DNA of 64,000 bases from Eledone cirrhosa (lineage: Eukaryota). Below are positions 14,591-29,500 of the stretch, piece by piece. Numbering within the stretch: the first letter of the stretch is position 1; every line of letters starts with the position of its first letter. The position numbers and the translations under genes were made by a program. The stretch is taken from the NCBI GenBank assembly GCA_964016885.1, contig OZ024740.1, positions 317,688,001 to 317,752,000 on the forward strand, in the 5' to 3' direction. A model generated the notes under the pieces. It was given only the letters and a program-made list of their open reading frames with translations. It searched no databases and was not told the DNA's origin.

Positions 14591-17500
14591 AGACCGCCAA
14601 TCTATACAACACTCCAGACTTTCAGTCTATACACCACTCCAGACCTCCAATATATACACCACTCCAGGCCTCCAAGCTATAAACCACTCCAGACCACCAA
14701 TATATACACCTCTCCAGACCTCCAATATATAAACGACTCCACACAACCAATCTATACACCACTCCAGACCTTCAATGTATACACGACTCCAGACCACCAA
14801 TCTATACACCACTCCAGATATCCAAACAATACACCACTCCAGACCTCCAATCTCTACACCACTCCAGACCTCTAATCTATTCACCATTCCAGACCGCCAA
14901 TCTATACACCACTCCAGACTTCCAATCTATACATCACTCCAGACTTCCAATCTATACACCAATCCGGACCACCAACCTATACACCATTCTAGACCTCCAA
15001 TCTATACACCACTCCAGACTTCCAATCTATACACCACTCCAGACTTCCAATCTATACACCACTCCAGACTTCTAATCTATTCACCATTCCAGACCGCCAA
15101 TCTATACACCACTCCAGACCTCCAATCTATACACAACTCCAGACTTCCAATCTATACACCACCCCAGACTTCCAATATATACACCACTGCAGACCTCCAA
15201 TCTATACACCACTCCAGACCACCAATCTATACACCACTCCAGACCTCCAATCTATACACCACTCCAGACCACCAATCTATACACCACTCCAGACCACCAA
15301 CCTATACATCACTCCAGACCTCCAATCTATACACCACTCCAGACCACCAATCTATATACCACTCCAGACCACCAATCTATACACCACTGCAGACCACCAA
15401 TCTATACACCACTCCAGACATCCAATCTATACACCACTCCAGACCACAAATCTATACACCACTCCAGACCACCAATCTATACACCACTCCAGACTTCCAA
15501 TCTTTACACCATTCCAGACCACCGACCTATACACCGCTCTAGACCTCCAATCTATACACCACTCCAGACCTCCAAGCTATAAACCACTCCAGACCACCAA
15601 TCTATACACCACTCCAGACCTCCAATCAATGCACGAATCCAGACAACCAATCTATACACCACACAAGATCACCAATCTATACACCACTCCAGTCCTCCAA
15701 TATATACACGACTCCAGACCTCCAATCTATACACCAATCCAGACTTCCAGTTTATACACTACTCAAGGCCTCTAATCTATACACCACTCCAGACTTCCAA
15801 TCTATACATCACTCCAGACTTCCAATCTATACACCAATCCGGACCACCAACCTATACACCATTCTAGACCTCCAATCTATACACCACTCCAGACTTCCAA
15901 TCTATACACCACTCCAGACTTCCAATCTATACACCACTCCAGACTTCTAATCTATTCACCATTCCAGACCGCCAATCTATACAACACTCCAGACTTTCAG
16001 TCTATACACCACTCCAGACCTCCAATATATACACCACTCCAGGCCTCCAAGCTATAAACCACTCCAGACCACCAATATATACACCTCTCCAGACCTCCAA
16101 TATATAAACGACTCCACACAACCAATCTATACACGACTCCAGACCTCCAATCTATACACCACTCCAGACCTTCAATGTATACACGACTCCAGACCACCAA
16201 TCTATACACCACTCCAGATATCCAATCAATACACCACTCCAGACCTCCAATCTCTACACCACTCCAGACCTCTAATCTATTCACCATTCCAGACCGCCAA
16301 TCTATACACCACTCCAGACTTCCAATCTATACATCACTCCAGACTTCCAATCTATACACCAATCCGGACCACCAACCTATACACCATTCTAGACCTCCAA
16401 TCTATACACCACTCCAGACTTCCAATCTATACACCACTCCAGACTTCCAATCTATACACCACTCCAGACTTCTAATCTATTCACCATTCCAGACCGCCAA
16501 TCTATACAACACTCCAGACTTTCAGTCTATACACCACTCCAGACTTCCAATCTATACACCACTCCGGACTTCCAATCTATACACCACTCCAGATTTCCAA
16601 TATATACACCACTCCAGAGCACCAATCTATACACCACTCCAGACTTCCAGTCTATACACCACTCCACGCCTCCAACCTATACATCACTCGAAAGCACCAA
16701 TCTATACACCACTCCAGACTTCTAATCTATACACCACTCCAGACCTCCAATCTATACACCACTCTAGACCTCCAATCTATACACCATTCCAGACATCCAG
16801 TCTATACACCACTCCAGACTTCCAGTCTATACACCACTCCTGAGCTCCAATCTATACAACACTCCAGACCTGAAATCTATACACCACTCTAGACTGCCAA
16901 TCTATACACCACTCCAGCCCAACAATCTATACACCATTCCAGACCTCCAAGCTATAAACTACTCCAGACCACCAATATATACACCTCTCCAGACCTCCAA
17001 TCTATAAACGACTCCACACAACCAATCTATACACCACTCCAGACCTCCAATCTATACACCACTCCAGACCTCCAATGTATACACGACTCCAGACCACCAA
17101 TCTATACACCACTCCAGATATCCAATCTATACACCACTCCAGACCTCCAATCTCTACACCACTCCAGATCTCTAATCTATTCACCATTCCAGACCGCCAA
17201 TCTATACAACACTCCAGACTTTCAGTCTATACACCACTCCAGACCTCCAATATATACACCACTCCAGGCCTCCAATCTATACACCACTTCAGAGCTCCAA
17301 TCTATACACCACTCCAGACCTCCAATCTATACACCACTTCAGAGCACCAATCTATACACCACTCCAGACCTCCAATCTATACAAAACTCGAGACAACCAA
17401 TCTATACACCACTCCACACCTCCAATCTATACACCACTCCAGATATCCAATCTATACACCACCTCAGAATTCCAATCTATACACCACTCCCGACCTCCAA

Positions 17501-20500
17501 TCTATACATAACTCCAGACCTCTAATCTATACACCACTCCAGACCTCCAATCTATACACCACTCTAGACTGCTAATCTATACACCACTCCAGACCTCCAA
17601 TCTATACACAACTCGAGATTTCCAATCTATACACCATTCCACACCTCCAATCTATACACGACTCCAGACCTCCAATCCATACACCACTCCAGAGTTCCAA
17701 TCTATATACCACTCGAGGCCCTCAATATATACACCACTCCAGACCTCCAATCTATACACCACTCCAGACCTCCAATCTACACACCATTCCAGACCTCCAA
17801 TCTATATACCACTCCAGACCACCAATCTATACACCAGTCCAGACCACCAATCTATACACCACTCCAGACCTCCAATCTATACACCATTCCAGACCACAAA
17901 TCTATACACCACTCCAGACCACCAATCTATATACCACTCCAGATTTCCAATCTAAACACCATTCCAGACCACCAACCTATACACCACTCTAGACCTCCAA
18001 TCTATACACCACTCCAGACCTCCAAGCTATAAACCACTCCAGACCACCAATCTATACACCACTCCAGACCTCCAATCAATACACGAGTCCAGATAACCAA
18101 TCTATACACCACACCAGATCACCAATCTATACACCACTCCAGTCCTCCAATATGCACAACTCCAGACCTCCAATCTATACACCACTCCAGACTTCCAATC
18201 TATACACCACTCCAGACCTCAAATCTATTCACCATTCCAGACCACCAATCTATATACCACTCCAGAGCACCAATCTATACACCACTCCAGACTTCTAATC
18301 TATACACCACTCCAGACCTCTAATCTATACACCATTCCAGACATCCAATATATACACCACTCCAGACTTCCAGTCTATACACCACTCCAGAGCTCCAATC
18401 TATACACCACTCCAGACCTGAAATCTATACACCACTCTAGACTGCCCATCTATACACCACACCAGACCACCAATCTATACAGCACTCCAGACCTCCAAGC
18501 TTTAAACGACTACAGACCACCAATATATACACCTCTCCAGACCTCCAATATATAAACGACTCCACACAACCAATCTATACACCATTCCAGACCGCCAATC
18601 TATACAACACTTCAGACTTTCAGTCTATACACCACTCCAGACCTCCAATATATACACCACTCCAGAGCACCAATCTATACACCACTCCAAACTTCCAATC
18701 TATACACCACTCCAGACCTCCAATCTTTACACCACTCCAAACTTCCAATCTATACAACAATCCAGACCTCCAATCTATACACCACTTCAGAGCTCCATTC
18801 TATACACCACTCCAGACCTCCAATCTATACACCACTCCAGACAACCAATCTATACACCACTCCACACCTCCAATCTATACACCACTCCAGACCTCCAATC
18901 TATACACCACTCCAGACAACCAATCTATACACCACTCCACACCTCCAATCTATACACCACTCCAGACCTCCAATCTATACACCACTCCAGACAACCAATC
19001 TATACACCACTCCACACCTCCAATCTATACACCACTCCAGATCTCCAATCTATACACCACTTCAGAGCACCAATCTATACACCACTCCAGACCTCCAATC
19101 TATACAACACTCCAGACAACCAATCTATACACCACTCCACACCTCCAATCTATACACCACTCCAGACCTCCAATCTATACACCACTCCAGACCACCAATC
19201 TATAAACCACTCCAGATATCCAATCTATGCACCACCTTAGACTTCCAATCTATACACCACTCCAGACCTCCAATCTATACACTACTCCAGACCTCTAATC
19301 TATACACTATTCCAGACCTCCAATCTATACACCACTCCAAACCTCAAATCTATACACCACTCTAGTCTGCCAAACTATACACCACTCCAGACCTCCAATC
19401 TATACACCACTCGAGATTTCCAATCTATACACCACTCCACACCTCCAATCTATACACCACTCGAGACTTCCAATCTATACACCACTGCAGACCACCAATC
19501 TATACACCACTCCAGACCTCCAATCTATACACAACTCCAGACTTCCAATCTATACACCACCCCAGACTTCCAATATATACACCACTGCAGACCTCCAATC
19601 TATACACCACTCCAGACCACCAATCTATACACCACTCCAGACCTCCAATCTATACACCACTCCAGACCACCAATCTATACACCACTCCAGACCACCAACC
19701 TATACATCACTCCAGACCTCCAATCTATACACCACTCCAGACCACCAATCTATATACCACTCCAGACCACCAATCTATACACCACTGCAGACCACCAATC
19801 TATACACCACTCCAGACATCCAATCTATACACCACTCCAGACCACAAATCTATACACCACTCCAGACCACCAATCTATACACCACTCCAGACTTCCAATC
19901 TTTACACCATTCCAGACCACCGACCTATACACCGCTCTAGACCTCCAATCTATACACCACTCCAGACCCCCAAGCTATAAACCACTCCAGACCACCAATC
20001 TATACACCACTCCAGACCTCCAATCAATGCACGAATCCAGACAACCAATCTATACACCACACAAGATCACCAATCTATACACCACTCCAGTCCTCCAATA
20101 TATACACGACTCCAGACCTCCAATCTATACACCAATCCAGACTTCCAGTTTATACACTACTCAAGGCCTCTAATCTATACACCACTCCAGACTTCCAATC
20201 TATACATCACTCCAGACTTCCAATCTATACACCAATCCGGACCACCAACCTATACACCATTCTAGACCTCCAATCTATACACCACTCCAGACTTCCAATC
20301 TATACACCACTCCAGACTTCCAATCTATACACCACTCCAGACTTCTAATCTATTCACCATTCCAGACCGCCAATCTATACAACACTCCAGACTTTCAGTC
20401 TATACACCACTCCAGACCTCCAATATATACACCACTCCAGGCCTCCAAGCTATAAACCACTCCAGACCACCAATATATACACCTCTCCAGACCTCCAATA

Positions 20501-23500
20501 TATAAACGACTCCACACAACCAATCTATACACCACTCCAGACCTTCAATGTATACACGACTCCAGACCACCAATCTATACACCACTCCAGATATCCAATC
20601 AATACACCACTCCAGACCTCCAATCTCTACACCACTCCAGACCTCTAATCTATTCACCATTCCAGACCGCCAATCTATACACCACTCCAGACTTCCAATC
20701 TATACATCACTCCAGACTTCCAATCTATACACCAATCCGGACCACCAACCTATACACCATTCTAGACCTCCAATCTATACACCACTCCAGACTTCCAATC
20801 TATACACCACTCCAGACTTCCAATCTATACACCACTCCAGACTTCTAATCTATTCACCATTCCAGACCGCCAATCTATACACCACTCCAGACCTCCAATC
20901 TATACACAACTCCAGACTTCCAATCTATACACCACCCCAGACTTCCAATATATACACCACTGCAGACCTCCAATCTATACACCACTCCAGACCACCAATC
21001 TATACACCACTCCAGACCTCCAATCTATACACCACTCCAGACCACCAATCTATACACCACTCCAGACCACCAACCTATACATCACTCCAGACCTCCAATC
21101 TATACACCACTCCAGACCACCAATCTATATACCACTCCAGACCACCAATCTATACACCACTGCAGACCACCAATCTATACACCACTCCAGACATCCAATC
21201 TATACACCACTCCAGACCACAAATCTATACACCACTCCAGACCACCAATCTATACACCACTCCAGACTTCCAATCTTTACACCATTCCAGACCACCGACC
21301 TATACACCGCTCTAGACCTCCAATCTATACACCACTCCAGACCTCCAAGCTATAAACCACTCCAGACCACCAATCTATACACCACTCCAGACCTCCAATC
21401 AATGCACGAATCCAGACAACCAATCTATACACCACACAAGATCACCAATCTATACACCACTCCAGTCCTCCAATATATACACGACTCCAGACCTCCAATC
21501 TATACACCAATCCAGACTTCCAGTTTATACACTACTCAAGGCCTCTAATCTATACACCACTCCAGACTTCCAATCTATACATCACTCCAGACTTCCAATC
21601 TATACACCAATCCGGACCACCAACCTATACACCATTCTAGACCTCCAATCTATACACCACTCCAGACTTCCAATCTATACACCACTCCAGACTTCCAATC
21701 TATACACCACTCCAGACTTCTAATCTATTCACCATTCCAGACCGCCAATCTATACAACACTCCAGACTTTCAGTCTATACACCACTCCAGACCTCCAATA
21801 TATACACCACTCCAGGCCTCCAAGCTATAAACCACTCCAGACCACCAATATATACACCTCTCCAGACCTCCAATAAATAAACGACTCCACACAACCAATC
21901 TATACACGACTCCAGACCTCCAATCTATACACCACTCCAGACCTTCAATGTATACACGACTCCAGACCACCAATCTATACACCACTCCAGATATCCAATC
22001 AATACACCACTCCAGACCTCCAATCTCTACACCACTCCAGACCTCTAATCTATTCACCATTCCAGACCGCCAATCTATACACCACTCCAGACTTCCAATC
22101 TATACATCACTCCAGACTTCCAATCTATACACCAATCCGGACCACCAACCTATACACCATTCTAGACCTCCAATCTATACACCACTCCAGACTTCCAATC
22201 TATACACCACTCCAGACTTCCAATCTATACACCACTCCAGACTTCTAATCTATTCACCATTCCAGACCGCCAATCTATACAACACTCCAGACTTTCAGTC
22301 TATACACCACTCCAGACTTCCAATCTATACACCACTCCGGACTTCCAATCTATACACCACTCCAGATTTCCAATATATACACCACTCCAGAGCACCAATC
22401 TATACACCACTCCAGACTTCCAGTCTATACACCACTCCACGCCTCCAACCTATACATCACTCGAAAGCACCAATCTATACACCACTCCAGACTTCTAATC
22501 TATACACCACTCCAGACCTCCAATCTATACACCACTCTAGACCTCCAATCTATACACCATTCCAGACATCCAGTCTATACACCACTCCAGACTTCCAGTC
22601 TATACACCACTCCTGAGCTCCAATCTATACAACACTCCAGACCTGAAATCTATACACCACTCTAGACTGCCAATCTATACACCACTCCAGCCCAACAATC
22701 TATACACCATTCCAGACCTCCAAGCTATAAACTACTCCAGACCACCAATATATACACCTCTCCAGACCTCCAATCTATAAACGACTCCACACAACCAATC
22801 TATACACCACTCCAGACCTCCAATCTATACACCACTCCAGACCTCCAATGTATACACGACTCCAGACCACCAATCTATACACCACTCCAGATATCCAATC
22901 TATACACCACTCCAGACCTCCAATCTCTACACCACTCCAGATCTCTAATCTATTCACCATTCCAGACCGCCAATCTATACAACACTCCAGACTTTCAGTC
23001 TATACACCACTCCAGACCTCCAATATATACACCACTCCAGGCCTCCAATCTATACACCACTTCAGAGCTCCAATCTATACACCACTCCAGACCTCCAATC
23101 TATACACCACTTCAGAGCACCAATCTATACACCACTCCAGACCTCCAATCTATACAAAACTCGAGACAACCAATCTATACACCACTCCACACCTCCAATC
23201 TATACACCACTCCAGATATCCAATCTATACACCACCTCAGAATTCCAATCTATACACCACTCCCGACCTCCAATCTATACATAACTCCAGACCTCTAATC
23301 TATACACCACTCCAGACCTCCAATCTATACACCACTCTAGACTGCTAATCTATACACCACTCCAGACCTCCAATCTATACACAACTCGAGATTTCCAATC
23401 TATACACCATTCCACACCTCCAATCTATACACGACTCCAGACCTCCAATCCATACACCACTCCAGAGTTCCAATCTATATACCACTCGAGGCCCTCAATA

Positions 23501-23570
23501 TATACACCACTCCAGACCTCCAATCTATACACCACTCCAGACCTCCAATCTACACACCATTCCAGACCTC
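12025..23570. repeat. 5,773-bp (231 monomers minus 2 bp) near-identical tandem duplication, 2 copies (~12025-17797 and ~17798-23570)
   Basis: Six ORF pairs are offset by 5773 (e.g. 14775/20548, 17075/22848). Both copies share the 23-bp monomer (12375/18148) and the end marker CAATCTACACACCATT (17773/23546). Confidence 0.95.
13725..16500. repeat. Nested 1,375/1,400-bp (55-56 monomer) tandem duplication, also present 5,773 bp downstream
   Basis: TCTATACACAACTCC...ACCCCAG at 13751/15126 (offset 1375); ORFs 14775/16175 (offset 1400, after one extra monomer at ~16123). Confidence 0.85.
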
Positions 23571-26500
23571 CAATCTATACACCACTCCAGACTTCCAATT
23601 TATACACCACTCCAGACCACCAATCTATATACTTCTCCAGACCTCCAATCTATACACCACTCCAGACCTACAATCTATACACCACTCCAGATCTCTAATC
23701 TATACTCCACTCCAGACCACCAATCTACACACCACTGTAGACCACTAATCTATACACCAATCCAGACTTTCAATCTATACAAGACTCCAGACCTCCAATC
23801 TGTACACCACTCCAGACTTCAAATCTATACAGCACTCCAGACCTCCAATCTATACACCACACCAGACTTCCAATCTATACACCACTCTAGACCACTAATC
23901 TATACACCACCGCAGACTTCCAATCTATACACCACTCCAGACCTCCAATCTATACACCACTCCAGACCTCCAAGCTATACACCACTCCAGACATCCAATG
24001 TATACACCACTCTAAACCAGTAATCAATACACCACTCCAGACCTCCAATCTATACACCACTCCAGACTTCCTATCTATACACCACTCCAGACTTCCAATC
24101 TATACACCACTCCAGACCACTAATCTATACACCACTCTAGACAATCAATCTATACATCACTCCAGATCACCAATCAATACACCACTACAGACCTCCAATC
24201 TATACACCACTCCAGTACTCCAATCTATAAACCACTCCAGACTTCCAATCTATAAACCACTCCAAACCTTCAATCTATACACCACAACAAACCAGTAATC
24301 AATACACCACTCCAGACCTCCAATCGATACACCACTCCAGACCTCCAATCTATACACCACTCCAGACCTCCAATCTATACACCACTCCATACTTCCAATC
24401 TATACACCACTCCCGGCTTGCAATCTATACACCACTCCAGACTTCCAATATATACACTACTCTAGACATCAAAGCTATACACCACTACATACCTCCAATC
24501 TATACACCACTCCAGACCACCAATCTATACACCACTGCATACCTCCAATCTATACACCACTCTACACCTCCAATCTATACACCACTGCAGACCTCCAAAC
24601 TATACACCACTCCAGACCGCCAATCTATACACAACTCCAGACCTCCACTCTATACAGCACTCCAGACTTCCAATCTATACACCATTCCAGACCACTAATC
24701 TATACACCACTCTAGACAATCAATCTATACACCACTCCAGATCACCAATCATTACACCACTGCAGACCTCCAATCTATACACCACTCCAGTACTCCAATC
24801 TATACACCACTCCAGACTTCCAATCTATACACCACTCCAGACCTCCAATCTATATACAACTCCAGGCCAACAATCTATACACTACTCAAGAACACCAATC
24901 TATACACCAGTCCAGACCTGCAATCTATACACCACTCCAGACCTTCTATCTATACTCCACTCCAGACCACTAATCTATACACCACTCTAGATCACTAATC
25001 TATACACCACTCCAGACTTCTTATCTATACACCACTCCAGACTTCCTATCTATACACCACTCCAGACCTCCAAACTATACACCACTCCAGACCTCCAATC
25101 TATAAACCACTCCAGACTTCCAATCTATAAACCACTCCAAACCTTCAATCTATACACCACACCAAACCTCCAATCTATACAACACTCCAGACCTCCAATC
25201 TATACACCTCTCCAGACCTCCAATCTATACACCACTCCAGACCTCCATTCTATACACCACTCCATACTTCCAATCTTTACACCACTCCCGGCCTGCAATC
25301 TATACACCACTCCAGACTTCCAATATATACACTACTCTAGACCTCCAAGCTATACACCACTCCATACCTCCAATCTATACACCACTCCAGACCACCAATC
25401 TATACACCACTGCATACCTCCAATCTATACACCACTCTACACCTCCAATCTATACACCACTCCAGACCTCCAAGCTATACACCACCCCACTCTAGACTTC
25501 CAATCTATACACCACTCCAAACCTCCAATGTATATACCATTCCAGACCAAGAATCTATAGACTACTCAAGACCTCCAATCTATACACCACTCCAGACCTC
25601 CAATCTATACACCACTCCAGACCTTCAATCTATACTCCACTCCAGACCACTAATCTATACACCACTCTAGACCACTAATCTATACACCACTCCAGACTTC
25701 CTATCTATACACCACTCCAGACTTCCAATCTATACACCACTCCAGACCTCCAAACTATACACCTCTCCAGACCACAAGTCTATATACCACTCCAGGCCTC
25801 CAATCTATACACCTCTCCAGACATCCTATCTATACACCACTCCAGACCTTCAATCTATACACCACTCCAGACTTCCTATCTATACACCACTCCAGACCTC
25901 CAATCTATACACCACTCCAGACTTCCTATCTATACACCACTCCAGACCTTCAATCTATACACCACTCCAGACTTCTAATCTATACACCACTCAAGTACTC
26001 CAATCTATACACCACTCCAGGCCTCCAATCTATACACCATTCCAGACCACCAACCTATACACCACTCTAGGCCACCAATCTAAATACCACTCCAGACCTC
26101 CAATCTATACACCATTTCAGGCCTCCAATCTATACACCACTCCAGACCTCCAATCCATACATCACTCCAGATCTCCAATCTATACACCACTTCAGATCTC
26201 CAATCTATACACCACTCCAGACCTCCAATCTATACACCACTCCAGACCTTCAATCCATATACCACTCCAGACTTCCAATCTATACACCACTCCAGACACC
26301 AAGCTATACACCATTCCAGACATCCAATCTATACACCACTCTAGGCCACCAATCTAAATACCACTCCAGACCTCCAATCTATACACCACTCTAGACCACC
26401 AATCTATACACCACTCCAGACCTCCAATCTATACACCACTCCAGACCTCCAATCTATACACCACTCCAGACCTTCAATCCATATACCACTCCAGACTTCC

Positions 26501-29500
26501 AATCTATACACCACTCCAGACACCAAGCTATACACCATTCCAGACCACCAACCTATACACCACTCTAGGCCACCAATCTAAATACCACTCCAGACCTCCA
26601 ATCTATACACCACTCCAGACTTCCAATCTATACACCACTCCAGACCTCCAATCTATACACCACTCCAGACTTTCTATCTATACACCACACTAGACCTCCA
26701 ATCTATACACCACTCCAGACCTATAATCTATACACAACTCCAGACCTCAAATCTATACACCACTACAGTACTCCAATCTATACACCACTCCAGGACAACA
26801 ATCTATACACCACTCCAGACCTCTAATCTATACACCACTTCAGACCTCCAATCTATACTCCACTCCAGACCATCAATCTATACACCACTCCAGACTTCCT
26901 ATCTATACACCACTCCAGACCTCCAAAATATACACCACTCCAGACTTCCAATCTATACAACACACCAGACCTCCAATCTATACACCACTCCAGACCTCCA
27001 AAATATACACCACTCCAGTACTCCAATCTATACAACACTCCAGACCTTCTATCTATACAGCACTCCAGACTTCCAATCTATACAGCACACCAGACCTCCA
27101 ATCTATACACCACTCCAGTACTCCAATCTATACTCCACTCCAGACCTTCAATCTATACACCACTCCAGACTTCCTATATATACACCACTCCAGACCTCCA
27201 GACTATACACCACTCCAGACTTCCAATCTATACAACACTCCAGACCTCCAATCTATACACCACACCAGACTTGAAATCTATACACCACTCCAGACTTGCA
27301 ATCTATACACCACTCCAGACCACCAATCTATACACCACTCCAGACTTTCAGTCTAATCACCACTCTAGACTTCTTATCTATACACCACTCCAGACCTCCA
27401 ATCCATACACCACTCCAGATCTCCAATCTATACACCACTCCAGACCTCCAATCTATACACCACTCCAGACCTCCATTCTATACACCACTCCATACTTCCA
27501 ATCTTTACACCACTCCCGGCCTGCAATCTATACACCACTCCAGACTTCCAATATATACACTACTCTAGACCTCCAAGCTATGCACCACTCCATACCTCCA
27601 ATCTATACACCACTCCAGACCACCAATCTATACACCACTGCATACCTCCAATCTATACACCACTCTACACCTCCAATCTATACACCACTCCAGACCTCCA
27701 AGCTATACACCACCCCACTCTAGACTTCCAATCTATACACCACTCCAAACCTCCAATGTATATACCATTCCAGACCAAGAATCTATAGACTACTCAAGAC
27801 CTCCAATCTATACACCACTCCAGACCTCCAATCTATACACCACTCCAGACCTTCAATCTATACTCCACTCCAGACCACTAATCTATACACCACTCTAGAC
27901 CACTAATCTATACACCACTCCAGACTTCCTATCTATACACCACTCCAGACTTCCAATCTATACACTACTCCAGACCTCCAAACTATACACCTCTCCAGAC
28001 CACAAATCTATATACCACTCCAGGCCTCCAATCTATACACCTCTCCAGACATCCTATCTATACACAACTCCAGACCTTCAATCTATACACCACTCCAGAC
28101 TTCCTATCTATACACCACTCCAGACCTCCAATCTATACACCACTCAAGACTTCCTATCTATACACCACTCCAGACCTTCAATCTATACACCACTCCAGAC
28201 TTCCAATCTATACACCACTCCAGACTTCCAATCTATACACCACTCCAGACCTTCAATCCATACACGATACCAGATTTCCAATCTATACACCACTCCAGAC
28301 TTCTAATCTATACACCACTCAAGTACTCCAATCTATACACGACTCCAGGCCTCCAATCTATACACCATTCCAGACCACCAACCTATACACCACTCTAGGC
28401 CACCAATCTAAATACCACTCCAGACCTCCAATCTATACACCATTCCAGGCCTCCAATCTATACACCACTCCAGACCTCCAATCCATACATCACTCCAGAT
28501 CTCCAATCTATACACCACTTCAGATCTCCAATCTATACACCACTCCAGACCTCCAATCTATACACCACTCCAGACCTTCAATCCATATACCACTCCAGAC
28601 TTCCAATCTATACACCACTCCAGACACCAAGCTATACACCATTCCAGACATCCAATCTATACACCACTCCAGGCCTCCAATCTATACACCATTCCAGACC
28701 ACCAACCTATACACCACTCTAGGCCACCAATCTAAATACCACTCCAGACCTCCAATCTATACACCACTCTAGACCACCAATCTATACACCACTCCAGACC
28801 TCCAATCTATACACCACTCCAGACCTCCAATCTATACACCACTCCAGACCTTCAATCCATATACCACTCCAGACTTCCAATCTATACACCACTCCAGACA
28901 CCAAGCTATACACCATTCCAGACATCCAATCTATACACCACTCCAGGCCTCCAATCTATACACCATTCCAGACCACCAACCTATACACCACTCTAGGCCA
29001 CCAATCTAAATACCACTCCAGACCTCCAATCTATACACCACTCCAGACTTCCAATCTATACACCACTCCAGACCTCCAATCTATACACCACTCCAGACTT
29101 TCTATCTATACACCACACTAGACCTCCAATCTATACACCACTCCAGACCTATAATCTATACACAACTCCAGACCTCAAATCTATACACCACTACAGTACT
29201 CCAATCTATACACCACTCCAGGCCAACAATCTATACACCACTCCAGACCTCTAATCTATACACCACTTCAGACCTCCAATCTATACTCCACTCCAGACCA
29301 TCAATCTATACACCACTCCTGACTTCCTATCTATACACCACTCCAGACCTCCAAAATATACACCACTCCAGACTTCCAATCTATACAACACACCAGACCT
29401 CCAATCTATACACCACTCCAGACCTCCAAAATATACACCACTCCAGTACTCCAATCTATACAACACTCCAGACCTTCTATCTATACAGCACTCCAGACCT

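Larger units (their letters stand above)
1..23570. repeat. Satellite sub-family domain 1
   Basis: Diagnostic variants TATTCACCATT, AATGTATACACGACT, GATATCC and AATCCGGACC, with frequent ACCAC/ACAAC pentamers. Only three frame-shifting indels were seen: ~2071 (-1), 12375 (-2) and 18148 (-2). Confidence 0.85.
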
